Origin: a virus | IMG/VR virus record: IMGVR_UViG_3300021181_000006 | Coordinates: 64,001 to 128,000 of that record | Strand: one strand, 5' to 3' | DNA: 64,000 nt | In this document: in pieces, positions 21,613-30,125 of the stretch | Layout of the letters: every line of letters begins with the position of its first letter | Position numbering within the stretch: position 1 is the first letter of the stretch | The notes under the pieces: model-generated | Database searches by the model: none | What the model saw: only the letters and a program-made list of their open reading frames with translations | Told to the model about the DNA's origin: nothing | Program-made: the position numbers and the translations under genes

Positions 21613-22398
21613 ATGGTAATATATAGAACCATGGATACTGGCAATACTACAAGTTTTACGGTTACTACTAATGTCAGTGGAAGTTTTGGGAATATTGGTA
21701 ACTATGTAAATTTTGTCACAGAAGTCCAGCAACCGAAGGAACAACATCCCGTGACCATCGAAATCGATGAATCAGGCAGAGTAACGTTCTTTGAGAAGAG
21801 AATCATCAAAGAAACGAACTTAGAAAATCTGTTAAAGACATTCGAGGAGCAGAAGCCGTTGTCATCAGGCTTACTCCCTCAAAACTGTATCAATTACACG
21901 AGACGTGGTCGGGCTACGATCTATGTGATCGAAGAGTTCCCTGGTGTTCGCAAAATTAATTATCAGACGCAGGCACGTGAACTACTCACTAATATGCCGA
22001 TTAGCGTACCATTCTTATATTGGGTTCTTGTCTTTAATCCTGCATTAACTGCATATGTGCGTTGTTCCAAACGTCGCTTGAAGACCTTGGACGATCCAGT
22101 ATTCCATCCTCCACTTCTGAACGTATACGATCAGGGTTCTGGCAAGATCTGTGCTGGTGATGGTGTTCAAGTAGATGCTCGTTCTAATCTGATAGAGAAG
22201 ATCGAACAGTTTACGAAAACACTCTGGGGATCTAATTGGAATCATGATTTGACTCCTGGATATCCTGCAGAGTTTAATAACTATCCACAATACATTCGTA
22301 TGTCATCCGCTGATCCAACCGTATGGTCCAAGCTCAGTTACAGGAAAAGCGACCTCAGTATTAATCAACTTCTCATGAGATTATCAACGAGTGAGTAA
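21613..22398 (+). CDS. Prokaryotic E2-like protein (Prok-E2_D / PRTRC protein B-like)
   Basis: LLPQNC, VPFLYWVL, FHPPLLNVY...GKICAG with candidate catalytic Cys; operon context. Confidence 0.75.
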   Translation: MVIYRTMDTGNTTSFTVTTNVSGSFGNIGNYVNFVTEVQQPKEQHPVTIEIDESGRVTFFEKRIIKETNLENLLKTFEEQKPLSSGLLPQNCINYTRRGRATIYVIEEFPGVRKINYQTQARELLTNMPISVPFLYWVLVFNPALTAYVRCSKRRLKTLDDPVFHPPLLNVYDQGSGKICAGDGVQVDARSNLIEKIEQFTKTLWGSNWNHDLTPGYPAEFNNYPQYIRMSSADPTVWSKLSYRKSDLSINQLLMRLSTSE

Positions 22399-22714
22399 AA
22401 AAGAGAGCGCGCAAGCCAATCGTGATCTCTATTACATGCTGAATGAGTATACTACTAGTATCAAAACGATCTCTATCGAAGAATATATCGATAAAGATCT
22501 GAAGATATTAACGGTAGAAGAATTAGCGAACACCAAGGTCACTGAAGCCAACTTCGGTGAAGTTATGTTCGTTAAGAAACTCCGTCAGTATGCCATGGAT
22601 AAAAACGTGGTATTTCGTGGCATGTCTATGGCAGATAAAATTGCTTTAGATAAAATTATTAACAAGATCCCCCTTTGTCAAGCTGTCACTACCGTAGAGG
22701 ATACTGACCTGTGA
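22391..22714 (+). CDS. Hypothetical protein within the Ubl operon
   Basis: 107 aa; overlaps both neighbouring genes. Confidence 0.65.
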   Translation: MSKKESAQANRDLYYMLNEYTTSIKTISIEEYIDKDLKILTVEELANTKVTEANFGEVMFVKKLRQYAMDKNVVFRGMSMADKIALDKIINKIPLCQAVTTVEDTDL

Positions 22715-24105
22715 AACTCGTTGGAACGCTGGGCATGCTGCCCCTTTATCATCTCGAAAAAGGAGATGATGTATCACAAATGTGCGATGATATCGAAAAG
22801 ACTTCATATATCCTGGCTCATGATGGGCTGTGGTTACTGAAGAAAACTGACTTTTTCTGGAGTCTTCGCGCTGCGAAGGTTCCTAACGCGGTTGAGAAGA
22901 CCGAAGCACTCATTAATACGCATGGCCTGCCTTTGGTCCCAAAAGAGGAGATGGATACGGCTATCGCCTTTTTTCGTCGCGTGTACGCCATACATAAGTC
23001 CGAAGCCGCGCTCATTCTCTATTGGCTCCCAGGCACGACGCAATTTAAGTGGACCTGTCCCAAGCAAACTGTTGCTCCAGCGTCAGTTAACTACAGCGAT
23101 GTCCCACATCCAGGCGAAGGCTGGATTGTCCTCCTCCACATGCATTCCCATGCATCGATGTCAGCATTCCATTCGGGTACTGACGACCATGATGAAAAAT
23201 TCGTGGATGGCTATAATATCACGATTGGGAAGCTAAACACTCCTGGTTATGAGTTTGAGTGCCGCATCATGATTGGTGGACTTAGCCTGAAGTCGAAGAT
23301 GGAAGATATTGTGGAGAATTGGTTACCTCCGGTTGGAGAGTTCCCTAATGAGTGGTTAAATAATGTGAATACTCCTCCTCCGTATGTGGCTCCTGCATAT
23401 ACGCCATATACTCCACTGGTTGGGTGTTTCCCGCCAGTTTCTCGTCCTTGGGATGATAAATACATGGCGCCTCAAGGCCATGGGTCACATAACTATGTTC
23501 CTCCCGGTCAGCATGGAGAGTGGAAGAGTGATCTGGGAAAATCGAGAGTCCCATTGACTTCGACGATGAAGCAGCAGAACAACGTCGATGGGAAGCGCTC
23601 TCATGGGAATGCTAAGAAGAATAAGAAATATCAGGCGCCCATGTCTGATCTGTATCCGCTCTCAGGGCCATCAAGAAATACATCTGAAACTGTCGCGGTT
23701 CGTAAATGGATCGATGCCAACTTCAAGTTTCTGACAGAACTCGGATATACTGGACAGGATTACGCTGCATTTCTGTCGATGACTCTTGCACAGGCCAAAG
23801 AAGAGCTTGAAGCAGATAATCGTGATTACTTTATTGGTAATGGATTAGCTCTTCCGACACAATGTGATATTTTAGGGTATAAACAGAATGTTATCCCCTT
23901 TAATCAACATGCGAGTGGTCGTGTGATGTTGACTCCTGTCGAACAGGAGAGCGATGGATTTGTTCCTGCTCCGTTCAACAGCAAGACCGATACGACTCCT
24001 GAAGAGGAGACGACGATTATTAGCCGTGAAACCGAACCTGGTAAAGTGGATGAAAATCCATTACAAGGTATTTATCTGACGAAAGCAAATGGCGGAATCA
24101 TCTGA
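22711..24105 (+). CDS. JAB/MPN+ metalloprotease (PRTRC protein A-like) with long low-complexity C-terminal extension
   Basis: KSEAALI (catalytic Glu) and HMHSHASMSAFHSGTDDHDE (HxHx7Sx2D). Confidence 0.88.
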   Translation: MKLVGTLGMLPLYHLEKGDDVSQMCDDIEKTSYILAHDGLWLLKKTDFFWSLRAAKVPNAVEKTEALINTHGLPLVPKEEMDTAIAFFRRVYAIHKSEAALILYWLPGTTQFKWTCPKQTVAPASVNYSDVPHPGEGWIVLLHMHSHASMSAFHSGTDDHDEKFVDGYNITIGKLNTPGYEFECRIMIGGLSLKSKMEDIVENWLPPVGEFPNEWLNNVNTPPPYVAPAYTPYTPLVGCFPPVSRPWDDKYMAPQGHGSHNYVPPGQHGEWKSDLGKSRVPLTSTMKQQNNVDGKRSHGNAKKNKKYQAPMSDLYPLSGPSRNTSETVAVRKWIDANFKFLTELGYTGQDYAAFLSMTLAQAKEELEADNRDYFIGNGLALPTQCDILGYKQNVIPFNQHASGRVMLTPVEQESDGFVPAPFNSKTDTTPEEETTIISRETEPGKVDENPLQGIYLTKANGGII

Positions 24106-25042
24106 GATCCTGACTCTCCCTACTCGGGAGAGTCAGCCCAATATGCAGCATGGCGTGTATGTTATTGGACTTGGTGGAATCGGATCCTGGCTCGTTGAGC
24201 CAGTGATGCGGTTCCTCCATTCCAAGAAGATGCTCGATCATACTGATATCATTCTGGTTGATGGCGATAAATACGAAGCAAGTAATCGTAATCGTCAAAT
24301 CGTTCATCCTAAGCTGATTGGTATGAATAAAGCGGATGCGACTGCGCAACGCATGCGTTCATACTTCCCAGAGTCATCCATTATCGCAGTGCCTCAATTT
24401 ATCTCAACAAAGCATGGGTCCTATTTCAAACAGTATCCTGCCAGGACCTGGATCCTCTCATGCTCAGATAATAATGTGTGTCGTCTCCATCTCAGTCAGA
24501 TTGCTGATGGCATGGATAATGTCACATTATTAACTGGTGGTAATGAGATGACTGATGGCAATTCTCATCTCTTTCATCGTACTGCTCGTAGCCATCAGAA
24601 TGAGACCTTACTGAAGAAGCATCCTGAGATTGCAGAAGCAAACGATGGTGATCGTTCAGCAATGTCATGTGAACAGCTTGCAGCATTACCTAGTGGTGGG
24701 CAGATTATTGTCACCAACTTTGTTTGCGCATCCACTATGTTAATGCATTTTTATCAATCCTGGGAAGCATATGCCAACCACAAGATCCCCGACTACAACG
24801 AATCATTCTTTGATATCAACAAATGCGCTTTCAACAGCATCGAAACTCGCTCCAGATCACGCGAGCAAGAACGTAGTCCAACAGAGCGAAACATTAGAGC
24901 GCGAGTCAATCTCTCAGAAGTCACAGCAGCCAGCGCAGAGCTTGTCTTCAATACCACCGAAGAGCCACCTCGGGTCCGAGATCGAGATCGAGGAGGAGGC
25001 GCTGGTCCTGCAGTTCCCGGACCAGAAGTTGAGGCTCGATAG
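24089..25042 (+). CDS. ThiF/E1-like Ubl-activating enzyme
   Basis: IGLGGIGS, LVDGDKYEASNRNRQ, NKA, CSDN, GGNE, MSCEQ (candidate catalytic Cys), IIVTN. Confidence 0.9.
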   Translation: MAESSEILTLPTRESQPNMQHGVYVIGLGGIGSWLVEPVMRFLHSKKMLDHTDIILVDGDKYEASNRNRQIVHPKLIGMNKADATAQRMRSYFPESSIIAVPQFISTKHGSYFKQYPARTWILSCSDNNVCRLHLSQIADGMDNVTLLTGGNEMTDGNSHLFHRTARSHQNETLLKKHPEIAEANDGDRSAMSCEQLAALPSGGQIIVTNFVCASTMLMHFYQSWEAYANHKIPDYNESFFDINKCAFNSIETRSRSREQERSPTERNIRARVNLSEVTAASAELVFNTTEEPPRVRDRDRGGGAGPAVPGPEVEAR

Positions 25043-25043
25043 G

Positions 25044-25385
25044 ATGAGCAACTGGCCTATTGTCGATATGACCGACAATAGGATCATTTATGGATATGTA
25101 AATATTGATGAATGGTATGCAAATCCTGATGAATTATCGTGTATTCCTCTACCATGTGGTGATAAGTGGTTAGAAATTACTCCAGATATGACATCTGGAG
25201 TATATCTGGCAGAGATGCAGGACTGTCTCGCTGAAGAGCGCGATTATCCAAGAGTCTGCGTGGAATGCGGAACGCTCATTTCTGAGTGTTCAGTCCATAC
25301 CACGCAAGAATGTCCTTCGTGCCGTCAGGAACCAGAACAAGTATTTCCACTCCATGAACTGCTGTCAACACCAAGAGGTCCATAA
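25044..25385 (+). CDS. Small Zn-ribbon protein
   Basis: CVEC...CPSC; AGG before ATG 25044 (track ORF 24771..25385). Confidence 0.65.
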   Translation: MSNWPIVDMTDNRIIYGYVNIDEWYANPDELSCIPLPCGDKWLEITPDMTSGVYLAEMQDCLAEERDYPRVCVECGTLISECSVHTTQECPSCRQEPEQVFPLHELLSTPRGP

Positions 25386-26563
25386 TGTGGCGATATGCCA
25401 TACAACCAGAGCTGGAAGACGCTACTATTTTTAATCAGAAGTTAGCTTCAGTGACAAGTAATCCTGAGACTGACTTTGTTCTTTCTAAATCTTCATGGTC
25501 AGAACGTAGAATGCGTGTGTTGAACGCGTATTTCACCACCAAGTACTTTGGATTGGATGTAAAACTCCTGACCACCATGATCTCAGAATCATGTGGATGG
25601 GATACGAAATGCTTAGTGAAAATATTTGATAGATTTGCTGCTGTCGATATTAAGCCTATTTCACTCTATTTCGATTATCGAGAAGAGTGTAGGGCATGCA
25701 TGCGTTGTCAGAATAGCCATTATATGCTGTCTCCATGGACTATGTGGGTAGGAATTAATTCCGCTCACCTTCCAGAGTCTCAGGGATGTAGAGGTGAATG
25801 GAGTAGTAATTATCCTGGCGTCACTGGTCAGGTGACCTCAGCAAGTAGAAATAGAACACTTATCGGTGGTGATCGTGGAGAGCCATATCCGGTACTTACG
25901 TGGAGTTTTGTAAAACACGAAAATAAGTACCGAATGATCTTTAGCGCACCGATACCTGACGTGTATATGACGACTTTCACTGGTCAGAGGACTATAGAGT
26001 TCGATAACATACGCGATGTTAATCGCTTAATGGTCGGCCTCGTCTATTTTATGCTCAGACAGGGAAGCAGCGGTCCAGGGATCAATATTGGATTATTAGA
26101 TCAAGGTGGCTTCGCTGTTGATTTCTTCAAGTCCGACAAATGGCAGCAGTCGTTGAACAGTTTCGTTTCATCATTCAGTAACGAACTTGATGCTACTACG
26201 TTTGAACGAAAGACTCGTCTGACGGAGTTATCAGCTATTAAGATCGTTCAGGAAAACTATTCTGCTCTTATTACAGAATATACGAGCATTGGTGATTTCA
26301 TGACGGCTACCTTTCCTGGTAAGACGTATATCGAAGTCGCGTCACAATGCTTTAAGCAGAAGATTCCAGAAGCCGAGAAGGCAAAGGAAGTTACAGAAAC
26401 CGCTTTAACCGAAGCTGTTGCTGCAACACCTGCGAAGAAGACACGCAAGAAGAAAGCTGTTCTTACTGGTGTCGAAGAAGATGTAGCAGTTGAAGAAGAA
26501 TCTGTACCAACGGCTATTCGTGCTGAAGTGGCTGTAGTAGCTCCTGCTCCTCAACCAGCATAA
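25385..26563 (+). CDS. Hypothetical protein with CxxCxxC motif and low-complexity C-terminal tail
   Basis: 392 aa; TAATG coupling; last gene before the terminator. Confidence 0.75.
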   Translation: MWRYAIQPELEDATIFNQKLASVTSNPETDFVLSKSSWSERRMRVLNAYFTTKYFGLDVKLLTTMISESCGWDTKCLVKIFDRFAAVDIKPISLYFDYREECRACMRCQNSHYMLSPWTMWVGINSAHLPESQGCRGEWSSNYPGVTGQVTSASRNRTLIGGDRGEPYPVLTWSFVKHENKYRMIFSAPIPDVYMTTFTGQRTIEFDNIRDVNRLMVGLVYFMLRQGSSGPGINIGLLDQGGFAVDFFKSDKWQQSLNSFVSSFSNELDATTFERKTRLTELSAIKIVQENYSALITEYTSIGDFMTATFPGKTYIEVASQCFKQKIPEAEKAKEVTETALTEAVAATPAKKTRKKKAVLTGVEEDVAVEEESVPTAIRAEVAVVAPAPQPA

Positions 26564-26579
26564 CAATTCTTAGTGCACT

Positions 26580-26611
26580 AAGAATAGACCTGAAAGGGTC
26601 TATTCTTTTAG
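26580..26611 (+). terminator. Intrinsic terminator closing the Ubl operon
   Basis: aagaatagacc-tgaaag-ggtctattctt followed by T run. Confidence 0.85.
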
Positions 26612-26672
26612 CTAGTAAGTCGCTGTTGACCATCATGCCTGAACGGCTATGGTGTCTCTCACGAGGTGAGTC

Positions 26673-26840
26673 ATGAGTGAAGAGATGGAGAAGCACGCAG
26701 TCGTTGACTGTCCGAACTGCAAGTGCATTGATTACCTAAAGAAGTCAAAAGATTTATTTAAGTGTACAAACTGTGGATTAACGTTTGGAATTCCTGATGA
26801 GCCTAGGGGCCTGGTTTTTAATACTGGTACTGGCAAATAA
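26673..26840 (+). CDS. Small Zn-ribbon protein (55 aa, below the ORF-track cut-off)
   Basis: MSEEMEKHAVVDCPNC...KCTNCG; GAGG upstream. Confidence 0.6.
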   Translation: MSEEMEKHAVVDCPNCKCIDYLKKSKDLFKCTNCGLTFGIPDEPRGLVFNTGTGK

Positions 26841-27096
26841 CGGGTTAGTAGAACTCCTTCATCACGGTAGAATATTTAAAGATATTAAACTGCGATTAAT
26901 CAGCATAAGCTGGTTAACTGGACTCAACTGCCCTTATTGCCTTTCATATAGGTCATCAGCACTTTTAGTGCTGATGACCTATCGGGAAACTCATCTCGGT
27001 TTACTTGGTATAACGATCTTAGCTCTAGCAACTGCTAGGGGATCAAATTTAGTCAATGACTACTTGGCGATCTATTCAAGAACGCCAAAGGCGTAG
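26785..27096 (+). CDS. Small membrane protein, DUF1360-like
   Basis: Hydrophobic helices around LNCPYCLSY. Confidence 0.5.
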   Translation: MEFLMSLGAWFLILVLANNGLVELLHHGRIFKDIKLRLISISWLTGLNCPYCLSYRSSALLVLMTYRETHLGLLGITILALATARGSNLVNDYLAIYSRTPKA

Positions 27097-27106
27097 AAAT
27101 ATATAT

Positions 27107-28069
27107 ATGACAAAATCAATTTTAGGTCATCGAACCACCTATAAACCATTTGACTATGATTGGACGTTTAAAGCGTTTCAGTCTCAAAATCAGAGCCATT
27201 GGATGGCCCAGGAAGTACCAATTGATAATGATATTAAAGACTTCCATTTTACTTTAACTCCAGCCGAGAAATCATTAGTCACACAAGTGCTGAGATTTTT
27301 TACGCAGGCTGATCTTGCCGTATCTGATAATTACATTAATAGACTTATGCATCATTTTCATCTTCCAGAAGTTAAGATGATGTTATCAGCATTTGCAGCA
27401 ATGGAATCTGTTCATGTAGATGCCTATGCATATCTTTCTGATAGTCTTAATCTAGATTCTAATAATGATTTTTATCAGTCTTTTGTAGACATTAAATCTA
27501 TGAAAGATAAAGATGATTATCTTAATAATATTGAGATTACAGATATAGCCTCATTAGCTAAGTGTTTAGCTATATTTGGTGGATTTGTTGAGGGAGTCCA
27601 GTTATTCAGTTCATTCGCTATTCTTAATAGTTTTCCTCGTAGAGGATTATTGAAAGGTGTTGGACAGATTATCACATGGTCTATTAGAGACGAGAGTTTA
27701 CATGCTCAGTGTATTACTAAACTTTTTAGAGAGATCATCTCCGAAAACCCATCATTATGGAATGATGAACTGAAAAAGAGTTTATACCAGGCATGTCGAG
27801 ATTGCGTTAAACTTGAAGACGCTTTTATTGATGCCTGTTTTGATATGGGCGATATCGAAGGTCTGACGGCAGCTAGCATAAAAAAGTATGTACGATATAT
27901 GGCTGATATCCGACTTGGCGATCTTGGCCTCAAGAGTAATTATCATATTAAGCAAAATCCATTACCGTGGCTTGATGTGTTAGTGAATGGACAAGAAATG
28001 CAAAATTTCTTTGAGGGTAGGTCTACTAACTACTCCAAAGGAACTATTATTAATGACCTTGTAAGATAA
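27107..28069 (+). CDS. nrdB: Ribonucleotide reductase class Ia beta subunit
   Basis: FFTQAD, MESVHVDAY, VEGVQLFSSF, RDESLH, NFFE. Confidence 0.97.
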   Translation: MTKSILGHRTTYKPFDYDWTFKAFQSQNQSHWMAQEVPIDNDIKDFHFTLTPAEKSLVTQVLRFFTQADLAVSDNYINRLMHHFHLPEVKMMLSAFAAMESVHVDAYAYLSDSLNLDSNNDFYQSFVDIKSMKDKDDYLNNIEITDIASLAKCLAIFGGFVEGVQLFSSFAILNSFPRRGLLKGVGQIITWSIRDESLHAQCITKLFREIISENPSLWNDELKKSLYQACRDCVKLEDAFIDACFDMGDIEGLTAASIKKYVRYMADIRLGDLGLKSNYHIKQNPLPWLDVLVNGQEMQNFFEGRSTNYSKGTIINDLVR

Positions 28070-28090
28070 TCTTAGAAAGCACACCAAAGT

Positions 28091-30094
28091 ATGACCATTC
28101 TCGAATGCCTGGATCGACAAGACCTGATTGGTGCAAGAGACCTTTTATTAGCAGATATTAAAGAGCAGACAAAGTCGCTTAACTCGTGGGATAGTCCTCA
28201 GTATACCACGAGTAAAATCGTACAAGAGCATATTAAACTCGACTATAGTCGTGATGCTTTATTTACTTATTTCGGATTAGAGGTTATTAAAGATCGATAT
28301 TTTCTTCGCAATAAAGATCAAATTGTAGAAGACTGCCAGAAGTTCTGGGCGCGTATTGCTACTGGCGTAGCTTATGCAGGACTGAAGTCAGTTATTAAGC
28401 CTGGTGGCATTCAGTTGGTAAATCAGGGAATCTATGAAGTACACGACGTAGATCCATCAGGGAAACCAGTCCTGTTTCAGGATATAGTAACCTATGCACA
28501 AGAGTTATATGAGATTCTGTCGAAGCATTGGTTTACGTTGGCAACTCCTGTGCTCACGAATATCGGATCATCTCGTGGTTTACCTATTAGCTGCTTTCTC
28601 AATACTGTTTCTGATAGCATTGAAGGTATTTACGAGTCGTACTCAGAGAATGCGTTTCTATCGAAGGGAGGAGGAGGCATTGGCACTCATTGGGGCAATG
28701 TGCGGGGCAAAAATGCTCGACTTAGTACTGGTGGTAAGTCTTCTGGTATCATCCCTTTCCTTAAAGTCATGGATGCTTCTACTCTGGCTGTTAGTCAGGG
28801 TAATACCCGTCGAGGTGCTGCGGCAGTGTATCTTAATGTCTGGAACAGCGAGATTGAGGAGTTCATTGAGATACGTAAACCTACTGGGGGTGATCTGGAT
28901 CGTCGATGTCTCAATCTTCACCATGGCATTGTGGTGGACGATGCTTTCATGGTAGCGGTTGAGAACCGTACTTCCTATGCATTGCGCTGTCCTAAAACCA
29001 ATGAAGTAGTTAAAGAAATCGATGCTTTCGAGTTATTCCGTAATATCATGAAGGTCCGTATTGAGACTGGAGAGCCGTATATTCTCTTTATTGATGCAGT
29101 ATTGAAAGATACTCCAGTACATCATGTGGAGAAAAAATTATTTTGTCAGCAAAGTAATTTATGTTCTGAGATTACACTTCCAACGACAGTAGATCGCACT
29201 GCTGTCTGCTGCTTAGGATCATTGAATTTAGAGAACTACGATCAATGGAAAGATGATCCGAATATCATCTATACCGCTGTCCGTGCACTCGATAATGTTC
29301 TGCAAGATTTCATCTATAAAGCCGATGCACAGCAATATAAGAAGTCTATATTCTCAGCGACACAGGAACGATCTGTAGGGCTCGGTGTTATGGGGTACCA
29401 TGGCATGCTCATGCAGAAGGGTATTCCTTTTGAGTCTATTGGTGCACGATCACTCAATCGTCTCGTCTTTAAGAATATCCATACCAAAGCTAAGGCTGCT
29501 TCAGTGCGCCTTGGTCAGGAAAGAGGAGTCTGCCCAGATGGACTTGGAACTGTTTTTAACCAGCGCAATAGCTATGTCCTTTCTATTGCTCCAACAGCTA
29601 ATATCTCGGTTATTGCGGGAAACTCTACTCCGGGTATCGAACCGATTGTAGGACAATGCTACTTACAGAAAACATTATCAGGCTCTTTTCTGGTAAAAAA
29701 TAAGTACTTAGAACAGTATCTTGAATCTATCAATAAGAATACGGCAGAAACTTGGAAGGACATTATAGCCCACGGTGGGTCCATCTTACATCTTCCTTAT
29801 ATGGACGATAAAGCAAAGGCCGTATTCAAGACAGCATTCGAGATCAACCAACGAGAACTCGCCCATCAGGCTGGTGATCGACAACCATTTATTTGCCAAG
29901 CACAGTCGTTAAATCTGTTTTTCGACGTACCTGTATCCATGAAGTATCTTTATGATGTCCACATGGAAGCCTGGAAATCAGGCTGTAAGTCGCTGTATTA
30001 CCTGCGTAGCCAGCCTATCCTGAAGGCTGACTCGACGGAGCGCGAAGCAGTGCGTAAACAAATAGAAAATACAGAGTGTGCTGTTTGTCAATAA
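28091..30094 (+). CDS. nrdA: Ribonucleotide reductase class Ia alpha subunit (no ATP cone)
   Basis: ATPVLTN, ISCF, GGGIG, SNLCSEI, CCLGS, IAPTANIS, SLYYLRS, C-terminal CAVC. Confidence 0.97.
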   Translation: MTILECLDRQDLIGARDLLLADIKEQTKSLNSWDSPQYTTSKIVQEHIKLDYSRDALFTYFGLEVIKDRYFLRNKDQIVEDCQKFWARIATGVAYAGLKSVIKPGGIQLVNQGIYEVHDVDPSGKPVLFQDIVTYAQELYEILSKHWFTLATPVLTNIGSSRGLPISCFLNTVSDSIEGIYESYSENAFLSKGGGGIGTHWGNVRGKNARLSTGGKSSGIIPFLKVMDASTLAVSQGNTRRGAAAVYLNVWNSEIEEFIEIRKPTGGDLDRRCLNLHHGIVVDDAFMVAVENRTSYALRCPKTNEVVKEIDAFELFRNIMKVRIETGEPYILFIDAVLKDTPVHHVEKKLFCQQSNLCSEITLPTTVDRTAVCCLGSLNLENYDQWKDDPNIIYTAVRALDNVLQDFIYKADAQQYKKSIFSATQERSVGLGVMGYHGMLMQKGIPFESIGARSLNRLVFKNIHTKAKAASVRLGQERGVCPDGLGTVFNQRNSYVLSIAPTANISVIAGNSTPGIEPIVGQCYLQKTLSGSFLVKNKYLEQYLESINKNTAETWKDIIAHGGSILHLPYMDDKAKAVFKTAFEINQRELAHQAGDRQPFICQAQSLNLFFDVPVSMKYLYDVHMEAWKSGCKSLYYLRSQPILKADSTEREAVRKQIENTECAVCQ

Positions 30095-30125
30095 TTATCC
30101 ATTAACACTCACCAAGGTTTAAAAC

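Noticed and set aside
24089-25042. ThiF as a thiamine/molybdopterin biosynthesis or tRNA-thiolation enzyme
   Set aside because: It lacks the CxxC Zn pairs of ThiF/MoeB, has no rhodanese or cofactor genes nearby, and sits with E2-like and JAB genes; not formally excluded.
1672-30094. Inteins or introns in the helicases, RNA ligase or RNR genes
   Set aside because: Motif spacing is continuous and no C/S...HN splice motifs or LAGLIDADG blocks were seen.
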